DNA of 64,000 nt from an uncultured Elusimicrobiaceae bacterium (GCA_964417965.1 CAYQJX010000007.1:12717-76716); one strand, 5' to 3'; positions 1 through 9,423 are shown, numbered from the stretch's first letter. Numbers and translations are program-made. The notes: generated from the sequence alone by a model not told the origin.

Positions 1-2
1 GC

Positions 3-590
3 GGCAGCGCAAAGCCTTTCGCCACCCGGATGCGCTTCGTTATCCTCATGCATACCAAGGAAGCCCACAAGCAGAGAACGGGGACGGCCCGGCTTGCCAG
101 GCTGTGCCTGACGAACGCGGAACTTTTAATAGGGAAAGATTTTTCCAATAATGAGCGGGTCAACGCCCTGCTCCGGGACCCGGCCTACAGCCCTTACGTG
201 CTGTACCCGGGGCCGCAGGCCGTGAATTTTAAAACCCTGGGGAAGGCCCCGCCGGGGGAAGGAAAAACTCTCCTGGTCTTTGTCGTAGACGGCACCTGGC
301 GCGGCGCCAGGAGCCTTTTAAACAAAAGCCGCAACATCCTCGCCTTGCCGCGGCTTTCTTTTGCGGGCAGCTATCTCTCCCAGTTCAAAATTAAAAAGCA
401 GCCGAAGGAGCACTGCGTTTCCACCATCGAAGCCATTTATTATTTATACAAAGAGGCCGAGGCGGCAGGCTATGAAAAGCCCAGCGCTCAGGCCGAGATC
501 CTGATGTCCATTTTCAAGGAAATGGTGGATACCCAGCTCAGTTATGAGAACGGCAAGGGCAAAAGGCGGACTGCGCGGCCGGGTTTATGA
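3..590 (+). CDS. DTW-domain protein (tRNA-uridine aminocarboxypropyltransferase TapT/YfiP-like), N-terminus probably outside window
   Basis: VVDGTWRGA (DTW motif) and ILMHTKE core. The reading frame is open upstream of the ATG at 30 to the window edge, and the usual N-terminal Cys motif is missing. Confidence 0.7.
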   Translation, partial: GSAKPFATRMRFVILMHTKEAHKQRTGTARLARLCLTNAELLIGKDFSNNERVNALLRDPAYSPYVLYPGPQAVNFKTLGKAPPGEGKTLLVFVVDGTWRGARSLLNKSRNILALPRLSFAGSYLSQFKIKKQPKEHCVSTIEAIYYLYKEAEAAGYEKPSAQAEILMSIFKEMVDTQLSYENGKGKRRTARPGL

Positions 591-938
591 GAGGGTGTTC
601 TGCCAGGGGCCGGCGTTGGTGACGTTCTTGAAGCCCAGCCCCCGCAGTATGCCGGCGGCTATCCCGCTGCGCGCCCCGGAGGCGCAGCAGAGGATGACAG
701 GTTTATTTTTGTCCAGCGCGGCCGTCCCCTTTGTTATCCCTTCGAGCGGGATATTCAGGCTGCCCGGCCTGTTGCCGGAGGCGAACTCTCCCGGCGAACG
801 CACGTCCACGAAGACGGCCCCGGCCGCGGCCAGTTCCGGCAGTTTTCCTTTAACGGCCTTGTATCGGAAATGGCGGAACAGCAGGTAGGCCGCTATGCCC
901 GCGGGCAACAGGTACGGCTGCAAAGTTTCCAGGTTCAT
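585..938 (-). CDS. single-domain rhodanese-like sulfurtransferase with N-terminal TM helix
   Basis: FVDVRSPGEF and active-site loop CCASGARS. SD-like AAGAGGA upstream. Confidence 0.8.
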   Translation of the reverse strand: MNLETLQPYLLPAGIAAYLLFRHFRYKAVKGKLPELAAAGAVFVDVRSPGEFASGNRPGSLNIPLEGITKGTAALDKNKPVILCCASGARSGIAAGILRGLGFKNVTNAGPWQNTLS

Positions 939-1020
939 GGGTCCTCTTTCAGTAGTTAATTTTTCCTTCTATCTTTAGATGCGGCCGGGGCCTTTAAGTT
1001 TCAGCCCCGGGGAGCGATGT

Positions 1021-1030
1021 TTTGTAGAAT
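1021..1030 (+). promoter_or_regulatory. extended -10-like box TTTGTAGAAT
   Basis: TAGAAT at 1025-1030, 9 nt before the ATG at 1040. The same decamer type recurs at 9421, 34044 and 57783. Confidence 0.4.
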
Positions 1031-1039
1031 ACGGAGTAT

Positions 1040-1345
1040 ATGCTGCAGGATTATCCGCTTTACGAGGAGATGGTGCGCCGGGGCTCGCGGGGGCGCTGGT
1101 TCTGGCGCATAGGCAGCTGGCTGTATTACACAGGCATACTGGGCATCGTCCTGCTGCTTATCGTCTGGCCCGTGGTTTTCTATTTCAAGATCAGCGACGC
1201 GGGGCTGGTGTTCTTCCTTCTGCTGCTCCTGATGGCCGCTGTTTTTACGGCGGGGAGCCTGCTTAAGCGGGCGTCCTACCGGATAGCCCTGGGCGAGGGC
1301 ATAGACGTCGCTAAGTGTTTTCAGCAGGGGGGAGAAAGGCGGTAA
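1040..1345 (+). CDS. small hypothetical membrane protein (2 predicted TM helices)
   Basis: Hydrophobic stretches ILGIVLLLIVWPVVFYF and VFFLLLLLMAAVF. High GC3. Followed by a terminator. Confidence 0.5.
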   Translation: MLQDYPLYEEMVRRGSRGRWFWRIGSWLYYTGILGIVLLLIVWPVVFYFKISDAGLVFFLLLLLMAAVFTAGSLLKRASYRIALGEGIDVAKCFQQGGERR

Positions 1346-1362
1346 ATGAAGAGGGAGACCTG

Positions 1363-1398
1363 AAAAAAACCGCCGGGCTTGCCCGGCGGTTTTGTTTT
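1363..1398. terminator. bidirectional intrinsic terminator between convergent genes
   Basis: A-run, then ACCGCCGGG-CTTG-CCCGGCGGT stem-loop, then T-run. Confidence 0.8.
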
Positions 1399-1418
1399 GT
1401 CGGGGGCCGGCCCCCGGG

Positions 1419-2357
1419 TCAGTAGATCTCGTTGGTGAGGCAGTGCACGGAACCGCCGGCGTATTTAAAGCTGGTCAGCGGGGCCACGAAGCGCTGTATC
1501 CCCAGCTGCTTGAGCTTCTTTTCCACGCCCGGGGTGGAGAAGCGGCTGCAGTTCACCATTACGCCCGGGGCGACCAGCGCGTTGACGGCGTAATCGCCCA
1601 GCGTGTCGCCGTCGCCGGAAGAGTCCTGCGCCGACACCTCTATGACCGGGATCCCCAGCGCCCGGATCTGCGCCATGCTCCGGGCCTTTATGCTGCCGGC
1701 GGCGATGATGAGCGCCGCCAGGCGGTTGTCGGCGGAGAGCACGGGCGTGAAGACCGTGTCCAGGTGGTAGCCTTCGGACTCGACCAGGATATAGTTGTCG
1801 GGGCGCACGATGTCGCGCACGAAGTCGTGCCCTATCTTGTTGGAGCGCGACAGGCCGCCGAAATAATAACTGCCGCTGTCGGTCTTTATGAAATTAATGT
1901 CGCCGCCCTCCAGGAAGGCGTCCTTCGGCGGGGTGATGACCGTCTTCTTGAGCTTGGTGGAGATCAGCCGGGAGTGGAACTCTCCCTCGAGGCTGCGGTC
2001 CTTCACGGAGAAGCGGCCCTTGATCCAGATGCTGCGGAAGATCATGCCGCCGTCGCGGATGAAGACGGCGTCGTGGTAGAGGCTGTCGGGGCGGTTGAGC
2101 CCTTCGGGGAAGGGGATGATGTGCAGGTGGAAGCCCGCCAGCAGCAGGGTGTCCACGAAGTTCAGCCATTCGCGGCGGAGCAGGTCCTGGTCGGGGACTA
2201 TCCCCAGCTTTTTGGCGTAGAGGGTGGCGAAGTTCACGCTGGATTCGGTCTCGCCTTTGTGCACCGGGTAGCCCTTGTGCCACATGCCTTTTACTTCGGG
2301 GGTGACGGGCGGCAGGCCCAGCAGGATGATCTCGCGGTGATGTTTGTCTGAGTTCAT
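1419..2357 (-). CDS. amidinotransferase / arginine-deiminase-like enzyme (guanidino-group-modifying superfamily)
   Basis: YHLDTVFTPV and C-terminal GGSVHCLTNEIY (GGxxHCxT catalytic-Cys motif). I prefer the ATG at 2357 (MNSDKHH) with AGAGGA SD over the ORF-track start at 2441. Confidence 0.6.
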   Translation of the reverse strand: MNSDKHHREIILLGLPPVTPEVKGMWHKGYPVHKGETESSVNFATLYAKKLGIVPDQDLLRREWLNFVDTLLLAGFHLHIIPFPEGLNRPDSLYHDAVFIRDGGMIFRSIWIKGRFSVKDRSLEGEFHSRLISTKLKKTVITPPKDAFLEGGDINFIKTDSGSYYFGGLSRSNKIGHDFVRDIVRPDNYILVESEGYHLDTVFTPVLSADNRLAALIIAAGSIKARSMAQIRALGIPVIEVSAQDSSGDGDTLGDYAVNALVAPGVMVNCSRFSTPGVEKKLKQLGIQRFVAPLTSFKYAGGSVHCLTNEIY

Positions 2358-2481
2358 GGAAGCAGATCCTCTCTGAAGCGGTCGGGGTGGTGCTTTTGGC
2401 GCGGCGGCGCTTTTGAAAGCGGGCATGCTATATTTTCGCACATTTGCGGGCGGAGCCGAAAGCGGGACCGCCGGTTTGGTT

Positions 2482-2491
2482 TTGGTAGAAT
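2482..2491 (+). promoter_or_regulatory. extended -10 box TTGgTAGAAT
   Basis: TGnTAGAAT about 36 nt upstream of the ATG at 2528. GGGAGG SD lies in the leader. Confidence 0.4.
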
Positions 2492-2527
2492 ATTGCCGCG
2501 GTCCGGATCTCGGTTCAGGGAGGCAAA

Positions 2528-3043
2528 ATGATAGTGCGAGGCGGCTTCAGGATGAATGGCAGGGACTACCCGGCCGGCAGCGACATTTCCTGGTACAAGA
2601 TCTACCCGTTCTTCCTCTTCCACATGCTCATGTTCGGGGGCTCGGGCTTCCTGATGGCTTACTCCAGCGACGGGGCGCCTCTGGGGTTCCTGTTCGCGCA
2701 CGGCGGCTTCGCCATCCTCGTCTACACCATTTTCTATGTGACGATCTTCGGAGTGGACGAAGTGAAGTGGATGTTCATAAACGCCGGCCTGGGCGCGCTG
2801 GGCATCTATACGCAGATGGGCTGGCTGCTGACGCTGTTCGGCAAGCGGATAGGCGACTACGCGCTGGTCAGGCACATCGTCCCCTTCCTGTATTTTGTGC
2901 TCTACACCTTCCTGCTGCGCCAGGCGCTGCTGGACATCAGCGGGGCCCGGGAGAACGAGGGCAGGCGGAGGCTGGTGGAGAACGCCTATATCGGCCTGTC
3001 GCTGGCCGCGTCGGCCGTCTGTTTTGTGCTGGAGCGGCGCTGA
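2528..3043 (+). CDS. hypothetical polytopic membrane protein
   Basis: About 5 hydrophobic segments. SD GGGAGG 6 nt upstream. No recognisable family. Confidence 0.5.
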   Translation: MIVRGGFRMNGRDYPAGSDISWYKIYPFFLFHMLMFGGSGFLMAYSSDGAPLGFLFAHGGFAILVYTIFYVTIFGVDEVKWMFINAGLGALGIYTQMGWLLTLFGKRIGDYALVRHIVPFLYFVLYTFLLRQALLDISGARENEGRRRLVENAYIGLSLAASAVCFVLERR

Positions 3044-3133
3044 CCCGGGGGGCTTAAGGGCCCAGGCCCGCATAGGCTCAATACTCAGGGCCCCGGGGGT
3101 ACAAATGCCCATGTGCAGAGGGGCGCATTTCGC

Positions 3134-3139
3134 TAAAAT
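3134..3139 (+). promoter_or_regulatory. -10 box TAAAAT, 7 nt before ATG (leaderless candidate)
   Basis: TAAAAT-N7-ATG(3147). No SD present. Confidence 0.4.
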
Positions 3140-3146
3140 ATATTTA

Positions 3147-4214
3147 ATGATAAATAAGACGCTGCTGCTGTCGGCTCTGATCCAGCTCCCGTTTTTCAGC
3201 CTCCCCGCTTCCGCGCAAACCCCCCTGGCGCAGGTCCTGGCCCTGGCCCCGGCGCTGCAAGTCTCCATACCGCGGCCCGCGGCGGAGGTGGCGGCGCCCG
3301 CCGCGCTGACGCCCGGGCTGCTGCGGGAAAAACTGCGGCTCTTCGATTACCAAAAAAACGACGTGCTCACCGTCAAGCGGAACGCCCCGTCGGAACACAA
3401 GAACTACTCCGTAGAGCGCATCGCCGTACTCCTTAACGACCCGCTGCGCCAGCGCGGCGAGTATACCCAGGAGTACCTGTACTACCGGACCACGCAGGGC
3501 GGCCCGCGCCCGACCGTTATCGTCTTCCCTCCTTTCAGCGGGACCGCGACCATAGACGCCTGGACGGCCATAAAATTCGCCCGGCGCGGCTACAACGCCG
3601 TCGTCGTCATCCCGGCAGAATCGCTTGCGGATAAAACCCGCCCGCTCGACAGGACGGACGACCTGCTGATCCGGGAGAGCATCGCCGCGCGCATAGGCAT
3701 AGACCTGCTCGAGACCTGCCCCGAAGTAGATAAAGAAAAAATTTACGCCACCGGCATCAGCATGGGCGGCATCCGGACCGCCCTGCTCTTCGGCGTGGAG
3801 CCGAGGGTGAAGAAGGCGTCGGAGATAGTGGGGGGCGGGGACCTGCCCGGGATCATAGCCGACACGGATTTCTCCATGCTTAAAAAGCTGCGGGACGCGA
3901 GGATGCAGCTGGAAGGCCTGGTCACCATTCCGGAGTTCAGGGCCTACATGCAGAAGGTGATGACCGTGGACCCGCTCGATTTCGCCGGTCTGAGGGCGCC
4001 CGAAGACCTGCTGATGATGATGGGGAAAGGCGACGTGTTCGTGCCGGACGTTTACCAGAAGAAGCTTTACGACGCTTTCTCCAGGCCGCTGGAAGGCCGG
4101 TATCCCGCGGTGGTGCAGTCCGCCAGGGGGCATCTCCTTACCGCGGCCGGGATAGAGAAGCAGGTGGAGCTGTCCTTCGAGTTCTTCGAGGGCAGGGGCG
4201 CCGGGGCGCAATAG
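3147..4214 (+). CDS. secreted alpha/beta-hydrolase fold protein
   Basis: Signal peptide MINKTLLLSALIQLPFFSLPASAQ. Nucleophile elbow GISMGG (GxSxG). The ORF-track start at 2895 overlaps the previous gene and lacks these features. Confidence 0.65.
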   Translation: MINKTLLLSALIQLPFFSLPASAQTPLAQVLALAPALQVSIPRPAAEVAAPAALTPGLLREKLRLFDYQKNDVLTVKRNAPSEHKNYSVERIAVLLNDPLRQRGEYTQEYLYYRTTQGGPRPTVIVFPPFSGTATIDAWTAIKFARRGYNAVVVIPAESLADKTRPLDRTDDLLIRESIAARIGIDLLETCPEVDKEKIYATGISMGGIRTALLFGVEPRVKKASEIVGGGDLPGIIADTDFSMLKKLRDARMQLEGLVTIPEFRAYMQKVMTVDPLDFAGLRAPEDLLMMMGKGDVFVPDVYQKKLYDAFSRPLEGRYPAVVQSARGHLLTAAGIEKQVELSFEFFEGRGAGAQ

Positions 4215-4248
4215 GGGGCTCGCGCCCGCCGCGTTAACAAAATTGACA

Positions 4249-5283
4249 ATGCCTGAACAAAACATCTTCACCGCGCTCGTTACGTCCGAGCAGAGAGGGG
4301 CGTATACGGTGCGGCTGGACGGCAGGGAACTGCCGGCCACGGCCGCCGGCAAACTTGTCGGCGAGGCCGCTTCGCGGCTGGATTTCCCCGTGGTGGGCGA
4401 CGACGCGGAAGTGTCGCTGCACGACGGCGGGCTGAAGGCCGTGATCCACGGCGTGCTGCCGCGGCGCACCATCCTGCTGCGCAAAGGGCTGGACGGCAGC
4501 GGCGAGGCGCAGCCGCTGGCGGCCAATATAGATAAAGTTTTTATCGTGATGGGGCTGGACGGGAACTACAATATCGCCCGCCTGGAGCGCGTGCTGGTGG
4601 CCGCCTGGGACAGCGGCGCGCTGCCGGTGGTGGTGCTGACCAAGAGGGACCTGTGCCCGGCCGGAGAGCTGGAGGCCAGGCTGGCCGCCGCGGCGCTGGC
4701 CGCGCCTGGCGCGCGGGTGCTGTGCCTGTCGTCTTTGACCGGGGAAGGCCTGCCGGAAGTGGAGGGAGAGCTGGCCGGCGGCGCGCGCTGCTGTTTTGTG
4801 GGGTCTTCGGGGGCGGGCAAGAGCACGCTGCTTAACCGCCTGGCCGGGCGCGAGGCCGCCCAGACCGGCGCGGTGCGGGAGGACGACGCCCGCGGCCGGC
4901 ACACCACCACGTCCCGCCAGCTCTACCTGCTGCCTTGCGGCGGCCAGGTGATAGATACGCCGGGCATAAGGGAATTCGGGGTGGAGTACTCCGGCGAAGG
5001 CCTGGCGGCTTCTTTTAAGGACATCGGCGTTCTTGCCGGGGGGTGCCGCTTCGCGGACTGCCTGCACACCGGGGAGCCGGGCTGCGCCGTGGCCGCGGCC
5101 ATTGAGGCCGGCGCGCTGCCGGCGGAGCGGCTGGAGAACTATCACAAGCTGCGCCGCGAGATAGAGCGGCAGGAGCTGCGCAACGACTTGAAGAAGCGTA
5201 TGGAGGCCAAGCGCAAACAGAAAAGCTTTGGCCGCATGGTGCGGGACATCGGCGAGGACAAGCGCCGCCTGCGCGGCGGCTGA
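4249..5283 (+). CDS. rsgA: ribosome small-subunit-dependent GTPase A
   Basis: GSSGAGKSTLLNRL P-loop, DTPGIREFG, and Zn motif CRFADCLHTGEPGCAV. The start could be the TTG at 4243. Confidence 0.9.
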   Translation: MPEQNIFTALVTSEQRGAYTVRLDGRELPATAAGKLVGEAASRLDFPVVGDDAEVSLHDGGLKAVIHGVLPRRTILLRKGLDGSGEAQPLAANIDKVFIVMGLDGNYNIARLERVLVAAWDSGALPVVVLTKRDLCPAGELEARLAAAALAAPGARVLCLSSLTGEGLPEVEGELAGGARCCFVGSSGAGKSTLLNRLAGREAAQTGAVREDDARGRHTTTSRQLYLLPCGGQVIDTPGIREFGVEYSGEGLAASFKDIGVLAGGCRFADCLHTGEPGCAVAAAIEAGALPAERLENYHKLRREIERQELRNDLKKRMEAKRKQKSFGRMVRDIGEDKRRLRGG

Positions 5284-5372
5284 GAAGGAATCGCCAGCAG
5301 GTTTTTTCAGGCGGACCGAGGGCCTAAGGGGGCATGGGACCTTTTGCCCTTACGGCCGGCGCGATTTTTCGG

Positions 5373-5378
5373 CATAAT
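5373..5378 (+). promoter_or_regulatory. -10 box CATAAT, 7 nt before ATG (leaderless candidate)
   Basis: CATAAT-N7-ATG(5386). No SD present. Confidence 0.4.
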
Positions 5379-5385
5379 GATATCA

Positions 5386-5955
5386 ATGAGAAAACTTAAA
5401 CTCCCGCTGCTGCTCTCCGCGCTGTTTCTCTCCGGCCTGGGCCCGGTCTTCGCCGCCGCCCCGGTCTATGATTTTCTTTCGGAGCTGTCCGCCCTCCCGG
5501 CCTTTGAAGTCGCAGTCTCGTCGCCTGCCGCGGCGGAAACCGATTCCCGCGAGTACGACAATCCGCCCTGCGTGCCCAGCCAGGCCATTCTCCCCGGCAA
5601 GACCTTCTCCCCGGTGGTCAGCGACGAGCGCCGCACGCGCGCCATTAACGACCTGCTGGCCAAGATCGCCGTCTGCAAGCCCATGCCGTACAGCAACGAC
5701 GGCAATGTGCACAGCAAACCACATACCGGCCTGCCCGCCAAGCCGGCCGGCTATTACCTGGAGTACACGCTCATAATCCCCGGCCGCAATACGGGCGCCA
5801 AACCCGAGCCGGTGGTCATAGGCGGGGCGACCTATATGACCGGCGCCATGCTGAGTCCGCGCGGCCCCGAGCGCCTGATGATAGGCAATCACCGCGAGGT
5901 CTACTACACCCCGGACCATTACACCACCTTCATCTACCTGGCTATAGTCCGCTGA
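5386..5955 (+). CDS. secreted guanyl-specific ribonuclease (RNase Sa / barnase, N1/T1 family)
   Basis: Signal peptide MRKLKLPLLLSALFLSGLGPVFAAAP. PYSNDGNV...GYYLEYTLIIPG...RLMIG...YYTPDHYTTF aligns by eye with RNase Sa PYSQDGVV...GYYHEYTVITPG...RRIICG...YYTGDHYATF. The catalytic Glu, Arg and His are present. Confidence 0.8.
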   Translation: MRKLKLPLLLSALFLSGLGPVFAAAPVYDFLSELSALPAFEVAVSSPAAAETDSREYDNPPCVPSQAILPGKTFSPVVSDERRTRAINDLLAKIAVCKPMPYSNDGNVHSKPHTGLPAKPAGYYLEYTLIIPGRNTGAKPEPVVIGGATYMTGAMLSPRGPERLMIGNHREVYYTPDHYTTFIYLAIVR

Positions 5956-5966
5956 GGATCTTAAAT

Positions 5967-6503
5967 ATGGACAACATGACAGGCCCCGTCGCGATACGGC
6001 CCGAGGCTCCGGCGGATTACGGCCCGGTGCGCAAGCTCAATAAAAAGGCGTTCAAAGGCAACAGCGAATCCAAGCTGGTGGACGCGCTGCGCGAGTCTGA
6101 CGGTTTTATCCCGGCGCTTTCGCTGGTGGCGGAGAAGGACGGGGCGGTAGTCGGGCATATTCTTTTCTCGCCTGTAATTATTAAAGACCAGGCCGCCGAA
6201 ACGCCGGCCCTGGCGCTGGCGCCGATGGCCGTGCTGCCGGAGTTCCAGAGGCAGGGGATAGGCGCCGCGCTGATAAAGCGCGGGCTGGAAGAGGCCGGGC
6301 GTGCCGGACACAAAATAGTGCTGGTGGTGGGGCACCCGGAATATTATCCGCGCTTCGGTTTCGTAAAAGCCGGGGAGAAAGGCCTCAGGCTGCCGTTCGA
6401 GGCGCCCGAAGAAGTGTTCATGGCGCTGGAGCTGGTCCCCGGAGCTTTGGCCGGGGTGCAGGGCGAAGTGGTTTACCCTCGCGCTTTTCACGACGTTACC
6501 TAG
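5967..6503 (+). CDS. GNAT family N-acetyltransferase (YhbS-like)
   Basis: Acetyl-CoA motif QRQGIGAALIKRGLEEA. SD GAGGA upstream. Confidence 0.8.
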   Translation: MDNMTGPVAIRPEAPADYGPVRKLNKKAFKGNSESKLVDALRESDGFIPALSLVAEKDGAVVGHILFSPVIIKDQAAETPALALAPMAVLPEFQRQGIGAALIKRGLEEAGRAGHKIVLVVGHPEYYPRFGFVKAGEKGLRLPFEAPEEVFMALELVPGALAGVQGEVVYPRAFHDVT

Positions 6504-6520
6504 GCGCGCGCAGCCGCTAA

Positions 6521-6558
6521 AAACGAAACCGCCGGGCGAGCCCGGCGGTTTCGTTTTA
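6521..6558. terminator. bidirectional intrinsic terminator
   Basis: AAAACGAAACCGCCGGGCGAGCCCGGCGGTTTCGTTTT, a perfect long hairpin flanked by A and T runs between convergent genes. Confidence 0.85.
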
Positions 6559-6573
6559 CTGCGGCGGCTTAAG

Positions 6574-7563
6574 TCAGGGAGCGACGCGGAAGCTGTCCCA
6601 CGGGCTGGCGCCCTGGAGCACGTTGAAGGCCGGGCCGGGGGTCTTGATCCCTTCGCCGTAGCCGAAGGCGGGGGTGTTGGCGGGCGGCAGCAGCTCGGCG
6701 GCGTTAGCCGGTTTGTACCAGCACAGCGGCCTGAAACCGGCCTGGAATCCGGCGGAGCGGGTGCAGGTGCCGATAGCGGGATTGGTGGGGCTCAGCGGGG
6801 CCGTTACGGGCTGGGTGCACAGCGAGCCGGCCAGGTAGGTGTCCATGCGGCACTGCGTGGGCGGATGCGTGGCCATCATGGAGGTCACCACCACGGGGGA
6901 GGGCGTGTCGTAGCGGGGGGTGACGGTCTCGTTGCGCAGGGCCTTGAAGAGGTAGGCCACGGATTTGCCGGCCATGGCGGCCCGCACGCAGACGGCGCGG
7001 TCCAGGGGGTCGGAGTACATGGCCTCGCAGCCTTTCTCGGCCACTTCGTCGCCGATGGACAGGCGGGTGAAGGCGGCGGCGGCTTCGTCGGCGAACACCA
7101 TTTTGAGGCATTTCATGTTGGCGTAATAGTCGCTCTGGCCCTCGTTGGAGGCCCAGCTGGACACCTTGGGCGCGCCGCCCAGGTGGTGGCCCAGTTCGTG
7201 GCAGGCTACCAGCGCCATGCCGTCCATGGTGATGGTTTCGTGGCGGGCCAGGCCGCCGTACATATTAAGGACGTAGCGGTTGCCGATCTGCTGGGCCGAG
7301 GCGTTAACGGTGGCGTCGGTCCAGAGGCGGCGGATCTCCAGGACCTTGCCCTGGCCGGCCACGATGGGCTTGTAGATTTTTTCTATGGCGCTCATGACGT
7401 CGTTGAACTGGGTCTCTACGATGCCCTTGGCCAGGACGGAGCCCACGGGGATCTTGAGGTCGTTCGGGGGCAGGAAGCCGTCGCAGTCGGAGGCGGAAGC
7501 CGGGAGTACGGCCCCGCCCAGCAGCAGGGCGGAAATAGCGGTCAGCAGCAGGTTTCTTTTCAT
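6574..7563 (-). CDS. secreted putative zinc metalloprotease
   Basis: Signal peptide MKRNLLLTAISALLLGGAVLPASA. HExxH motif in VACHELGHHLGG. Several Cys pairs. Confidence 0.55.
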   Translation of the reverse strand: MKRNLLLTAISALLLGGAVLPASASDCDGFLPPNDLKIPVGSVLAKGIVETQFNDVMSAIEKIYKPIVAGQGKVLEIRRLWTDATVNASAQQIGNRYVLNMYGGLARHETITMDGMALVACHELGHHLGGAPKVSSWASNEGQSDYYANMKCLKMVFADEAAAAFTRLSIGDEVAEKGCEAMYSDPLDRAVCVRAAMAGKSVAYLFKALRNETVTPRYDTPSPVVVTSMMATHPPTQCRMDTYLAGSLCTQPVTAPLSPTNPAIGTCTRSAGFQAGFRPLCWYKPANAAELLPPANTPAFGYGEGIKTPGPAFNVLQGASPWDSFRVAP

Positions 7564-7678
7564 GTTCTTTCCTTGGGTCCGGGGAGTATGACAAATGTCA
7601 ATATTTAAGGTATTATAACCTTACCTAAGCCGCTTTGCAAAGCAAAATCAGCGCGGAGCCGGCTTTAATGGAGAATTT

Positions 7679-8950
7679 ATGCGCATACTCAACGTTTTCC
7701 TGGCCGCGGCTGTCTGCCTGGGCTGTACCGCCGCCGCCGGGGCCGCTTATACCCCTGATTTCGACAACGGCGTGGACGTGCGGCTGGCCATACGGGCCGC
7801 CATAGAGTCCGCCGCCAGCGCGGGCGGGCTGCTGCCGGCAGTGCCGGCGCCGCAGCGCACTGTATGGGTGAGCATGGAGAAGGGCGACGTGGGCGCCCTG
7901 GACGGGGCCCTGTTCAAGCGCGCCCCGGTAGCCCAGAACAAGCGCGTGGCCGTCTACGAATTCGAACCCGCCGACCTGGACTCGCTGTCCGACGGCATGT
8001 ACCGCGCTTTCCGCAGGGACCCCGGCTATTTCGCCTACGACACGCTGGAGGCCGCGCTGGAGGACCTCAAAACCCCGCCCGCCCCGCCGGCCCGCGCCTA
8101 TGCCATAGACCAGGGCGCCCGCGTGCGGGGGCTGCTGGCGCTGGTGAAGGAAGAGCCCATCGTGGCCGCCATCACAAAGCTTTCGTCTTACAGGAACAGG
8201 TACTACACCAGCGCCACCGGCGTGGACGCTTCCAAGTGGCTGCAGCAGGAATGGGGCAAGTTCGCCGAAAACCGCCCCGACATTTCCGTGGCGCCCTTCA
8301 AGCACGCCGCCTTCGCGCAGGAATCGGTGATCCTCACCATGCGCGGCACCACCGAGCCGGAGAAGGTCGTTGTGATCGGAGGCCACCTGGATTGCGTGGC
8401 CGGTTCCGGGACCAACCCCGCGCCCGGCGCCGACGACAACGCCTCGGGCGTGGCCGTTACGCACGAGATCATAAGGACCCTGGTGGAGGGCGGCTACCGC
8501 CCCGCCAAGACCATAAAGTTCATAGCTTTCGCGGCGGAAGAGGTGGGCCTGCGCGGCTCTGGCGACGTGGCCGCCGCCTTCAAAAAGGGCAATGTCGCCG
8601 TGGAGGGGATGCTGAACCTCGACATGGCCAACTACAAGGGTTCCGCGCTGGACATCTACTTCGTCTCGGACAATACCAGCGCCGACCAGAACGCCTTCCT
8701 GGGCCGGCTGCTCGACACCTATACGGAGTACAAGTGGGGCAGCTTCAAATGCGGCTACGGCTGCTCGGACCACGCCTCGTGGACCAAGAACGGCTATCCG
8801 GCCTCGCTGCCTTTCGAGTCGCTGTTCAACGAGCATAATCCTTTTATCCACAAGGCCACCGACCTGCTGCTGCAGGCGGGCGGCCGGGCCGAGCATGCCT
8901 TTAAATTCGCGCGGCTGGGCGTGGCTTACGCCGTGGAGCTGGCGAAATAG
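7679..8950 (+). CDS. secreted M28-family aminopeptidase (Vibrio/Aeromonas leucyl aminopeptidase-like)
   Basis: GGHLDCV, PGADDNASG, FAAEEVGLRGS and CSDHASW motifs. N-terminal signal peptide. Confidence 0.85.
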   Translation: MRILNVFLAAAVCLGCTAAAGAAYTPDFDNGVDVRLAIRAAIESAASAGGLLPAVPAPQRTVWVSMEKGDVGALDGALFKRAPVAQNKRVAVYEFEPADLDSLSDGMYRAFRRDPGYFAYDTLEAALEDLKTPPAPPARAYAIDQGARVRGLLALVKEEPIVAAITKLSSYRNRYYTSATGVDASKWLQQEWGKFAENRPDISVAPFKHAAFAQESVILTMRGTTEPEKVVVIGGHLDCVAGSGTNPAPGADDNASGVAVTHEIIRTLVEGGYRPAKTIKFIAFAAEEVGLRGSGDVAAAFKKGNVAVEGMLNLDMANYKGSALDIYFVSDNTSADQNAFLGRLLDTYTEYKWGSFKCGYGCSDHASWTKNGYPASLPFESLFNEHNPFIHKATDLLLQAGGRAEHAFKFARLGVAYAVELAK

Positions 8951-8988
8951 GCCTGCCGCGGCCGGCCTAACCTGGGGGGGGAATTAAA

Positions 8989-9360
8989 ATGCCTGCGATA
9001 CTGATGATAGACGACGACAAGGATTTCAGCGGCCTTGCGGCCGCGCATTTCACCGGCCTGGGCTACACGGTAACGCCGGCGTACGACGGGCGGGACGGCC
9101 TGGCCAAGGCCGCCGCGCTGAAGCCGGATATCATCTTCCTGGACATCATGATGCCCGGCCTCAACGGGATAGAGGTACTGCGCGAGCTGCAGGCCGGCGA
9201 CGAAACCTCCGAGATCCCGGTGGTAATCATAAGCGGCAAATATTTCGACCCGGCCATGTCCGACCTCTTCACCCAGGAGCGGAACTTCAAGGCCTTCCTC
9301 GGCAAGCCCGTGGCGCTCTCCGCCCTGCAGCAGAAGGTGGAGACCCTGCTGAAGAAGTGA
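8989..9360 (+). CDS. stand-alone response-regulator receiver (CheY-like)
   Basis: ILMIDDD...DIIFLDIMMPGLNGIEVL...GKP receiver motifs. No output domain. Confidence 0.85.
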   Translation: MPAILMIDDDKDFSGLAAAHFTGLGYTVTPAYDGRDGLAKAAALKPDIIFLDIMMPGLNGIEVLRELQAGDETSEIPVVIISGKYFDPAMSDLFTQERNFKAFLGKPVALSALQQKVETLLKK

Positions 9361-9393
9361 GGCCGGCAGCAACGGGGGCGGGCCGCCCTGACC

Positions 9394-9423
9394 GCCGCCG
9401 GTTAATGCCGGCGGCTTTCTTTT
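9394..9423 (+). terminator. intrinsic terminator
   Basis: GCCGCCGG-TTAATG-CCGGCGGC followed by TTTCTTTT. Confidence 0.75.

Noticed and set aside
2895-3146. Upstream extension of the hydrolase ORF (ORF-track start 2895).
   Set aside because: It overlaps the preceding membrane-protein gene in another frame, and the extension is Arg/Trp/Cys-rich. A signal peptide and a -10 box define the ATG at 3147.
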